Of a stretch of 64,000 nt of DNA, positions 62,760 through 64,000 are shown in pieces. How positions within the stretch are numbered: the stretch's first letter is position 1; every line of letters begins with the position of its first letter. The notes under the pieces were generated by a model. It was not told where the DNA came from. It saw only the letters and a list, made by a program, of their open reading frames with translations, and made no database searches. The position numbers and the translations under genes are program-made. This DNA comes from Negaprion brevirostris (Eukaryota): NCBI GenBank assembly GCA_030324005.1, contig JARDVH010000115.1, positions 72,602,439 to 72,666,438 of the forward strand. The letters are read 5' to 3'.

Positions 62760-62862
62760 TCAATCCCACTGAATTTCTAAAAGTTTGCAGCTGATATCCC
62801 ATAGCTTCCTGGCTGTTGCATCATTTCTCCCCTGAGGTGCTATAAATGCAGGGCTGCAGTCA
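62760..62862 (-). CDS. RDH12: RDH11/RDH12-like retinol dehydrogenase, terminal coding exon (not in ORF track)
   Basis: cttcag|T GAC TGC; SDCSPAFIAPQGRNDATARKLWDISCKLLEIQWD* resembles human RDH12 [34 protein letters not shown]. Confidence 0.87.
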
Positions 62863-63087
62863 CTGAAGAAAACCAAACATATATCTCATGCTGAGAATGG
62901 AAACAGGCAAGTGGGATCCATCTCATGTCTCACTTGTTACGGCACATTTCACTTTAATAGTTACAGCTGGTGAGCAAAAAGGGGAGATGGTGACATGGCA
63001 GCAATGTCACTGGACTAGTAATCCAGGTGCCTGTTGCTCTGGAAGCAGCCACAGCCTCCCCTGTGGCGCTGCTGAGCACAAGGACCA

Positions 63088-63345
63088 GAGAATCATATGG
63101 CACAGAAGGAGGTCATTCAGCCCATTGAGTTTGCACCAACTCCAATCCCACCCAGGCCTATCCCTATAACCCCATGCATTTACTCTAGTTAGTACCCCCT
63201 GACGCTAAGGGATAATTTAGCATAGGCAATCCAGCTAACCTACACATCTTTGGACTGTGGGAAGAATGTGAAAACACCAGACACCCGAGGCTGGGGTTTG
63301 AATCTGGAGCCCCGGCGTTGAGGTAGCAGTGCTAGCCACCGTGAC
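63088..63345 (-). mobile_element. V-SINE (HE1-like), tail A, internally deleted
   Basis: agaatcatatggcacagaaggaggtcattcagccc...gaggtagcagtgctagccaccgtg. Confidence 0.75.
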
Positions 63346-63587
63346 AGATTTCCTTCACTAAAGATGTTAGTGAACAAGATTTTTTTTTCTCTGACAAATA
63401 ACAATGATAACCATGAAACCCAGTAGACTCTTAATTCCAGATATTTTTAACTGAATTTGAATTTTACCATCTGTCATGGTGGGTATTTGAACCCTATAGC
63501 ATCACCCTGGGTCGCTGGGTTACAAGTCCAGTGACTATACCACGAGGCCAGTGTCTCCTAAATTTTCAACAATGTTAGTTCACAAAC

Positions 63588-63777
63588 CTGAAATGTTTTC
63601 CAGAAATCTCTTGCAACTCTTCAGCTACAGCACAGTATATACTGGTTTGTGCCCCCTGCTCTGGTGTTTTGATGAGGAAAGTGAGAACTCTCCATGCCAA
63701 GGACATGATAGAGGAGTGCCTGATTAGTTCTGATTTGACACAGCCCGGATGCACAGAATTCACAGTGACTTTAGTGT
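63588..63777 (-). CDS. RDH12: RDH11/RDH12-like retinol dehydrogenase (SDR7C), penultimate coding exon
   Basis: atacag|AC...TTCAG|gtttgt on the - strand; TVNSVHPGCVKSELIRHSS...IKTPEQGAQTSIYCAVAEELQEISGKHF; RDH11 versus RDH12 cannot be resolved by eye. Confidence 0.85.
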
Positions 63778-63838
63778 CTGTATTCAGAAAAGAAACAAAG
63801 TGAAATATAACAAGTTTTGCTGGAATAAAAAAAACATT

Positions 63839-63874
63839 TTGTCAAAGCTTTTCATCTTGCACTCATCAGGCCAA
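63839..63874 (-). ncRNA. Penelope-type minimal hammerhead ribozyme motif (intact core boxes)
   Basis: - strand reads UUGGC CUGAUGA GUGCAAGAU GAAA AGCUUU GACAA: CUGAUGA and GAAA boxes, very short stem II, palindromic AAGCUU stem III, stem I with one mismatch. Confidence 0.5.
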
Positions 63875-64000
63875 TTGCAATAAGGTCAGGGAAAACAACA
63901 TTCACTGGTTCATTACACTGGGCAATACCTTGGCCAACAAGAGTCAAACTATCTGGTTTAAATTTCAAACAATACTCTGCAGTTAACTTCAGTCACTGTC

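Noticed and set aside
1858-63345. tRNA-like A/B box sequences as tRNA genes
   Set aside because: Each continues into the V-SINE core and tail; no complete cloverleaf is evident.
1-64000. CRISPR arrays, operons or prokaryotic defence systems
   Set aside because: The window is spliced vertebrate genomic DNA; there are no regularly spaced repeat-spacer arrays or intronless gene clusters.

Overview
This is eukaryotic DNA, not prokaryotic. The tRNA-headed V-SINEs of the HE1 type, together with CR1, RTE, Rex/Babar and Penelope-like remnants, point to a cartilaginous fish, most likely a shark; that assignment is inferred from repeat content only. Most of the window (1234-56687, + strand) is the 3' ~80% of ZFYVE26 (spastizin/SPG15). 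I traced 33 coding exons by hand with consistent splice phases, including the FYVE domain and the stop codon. The last two coding exons of a convergent RDH11/RDH12-like retinol dehydrogenase lie on the - strand at 62760-63777, the same tail-to-tail arrangement as in human. The most notable non-coding signals are: a 214-bp intronic inverted repeat whose mismatches favour G-U pairing in the sense transcript; several Penelope-type minimal hammerhead ribozyme motifs, one with an intact core in the sense strand of the RDH intron; a GC-AG intron; and two V-SINE tail types with opposite orientation bias. Two apparent duplications around N gaps are assembly artefacts. I found no convincing new protein-coding system; most ORFs in the track are repeat-derived or spurious. 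All alignments and counts are manual, and homology calls are from recall rather than database searches.
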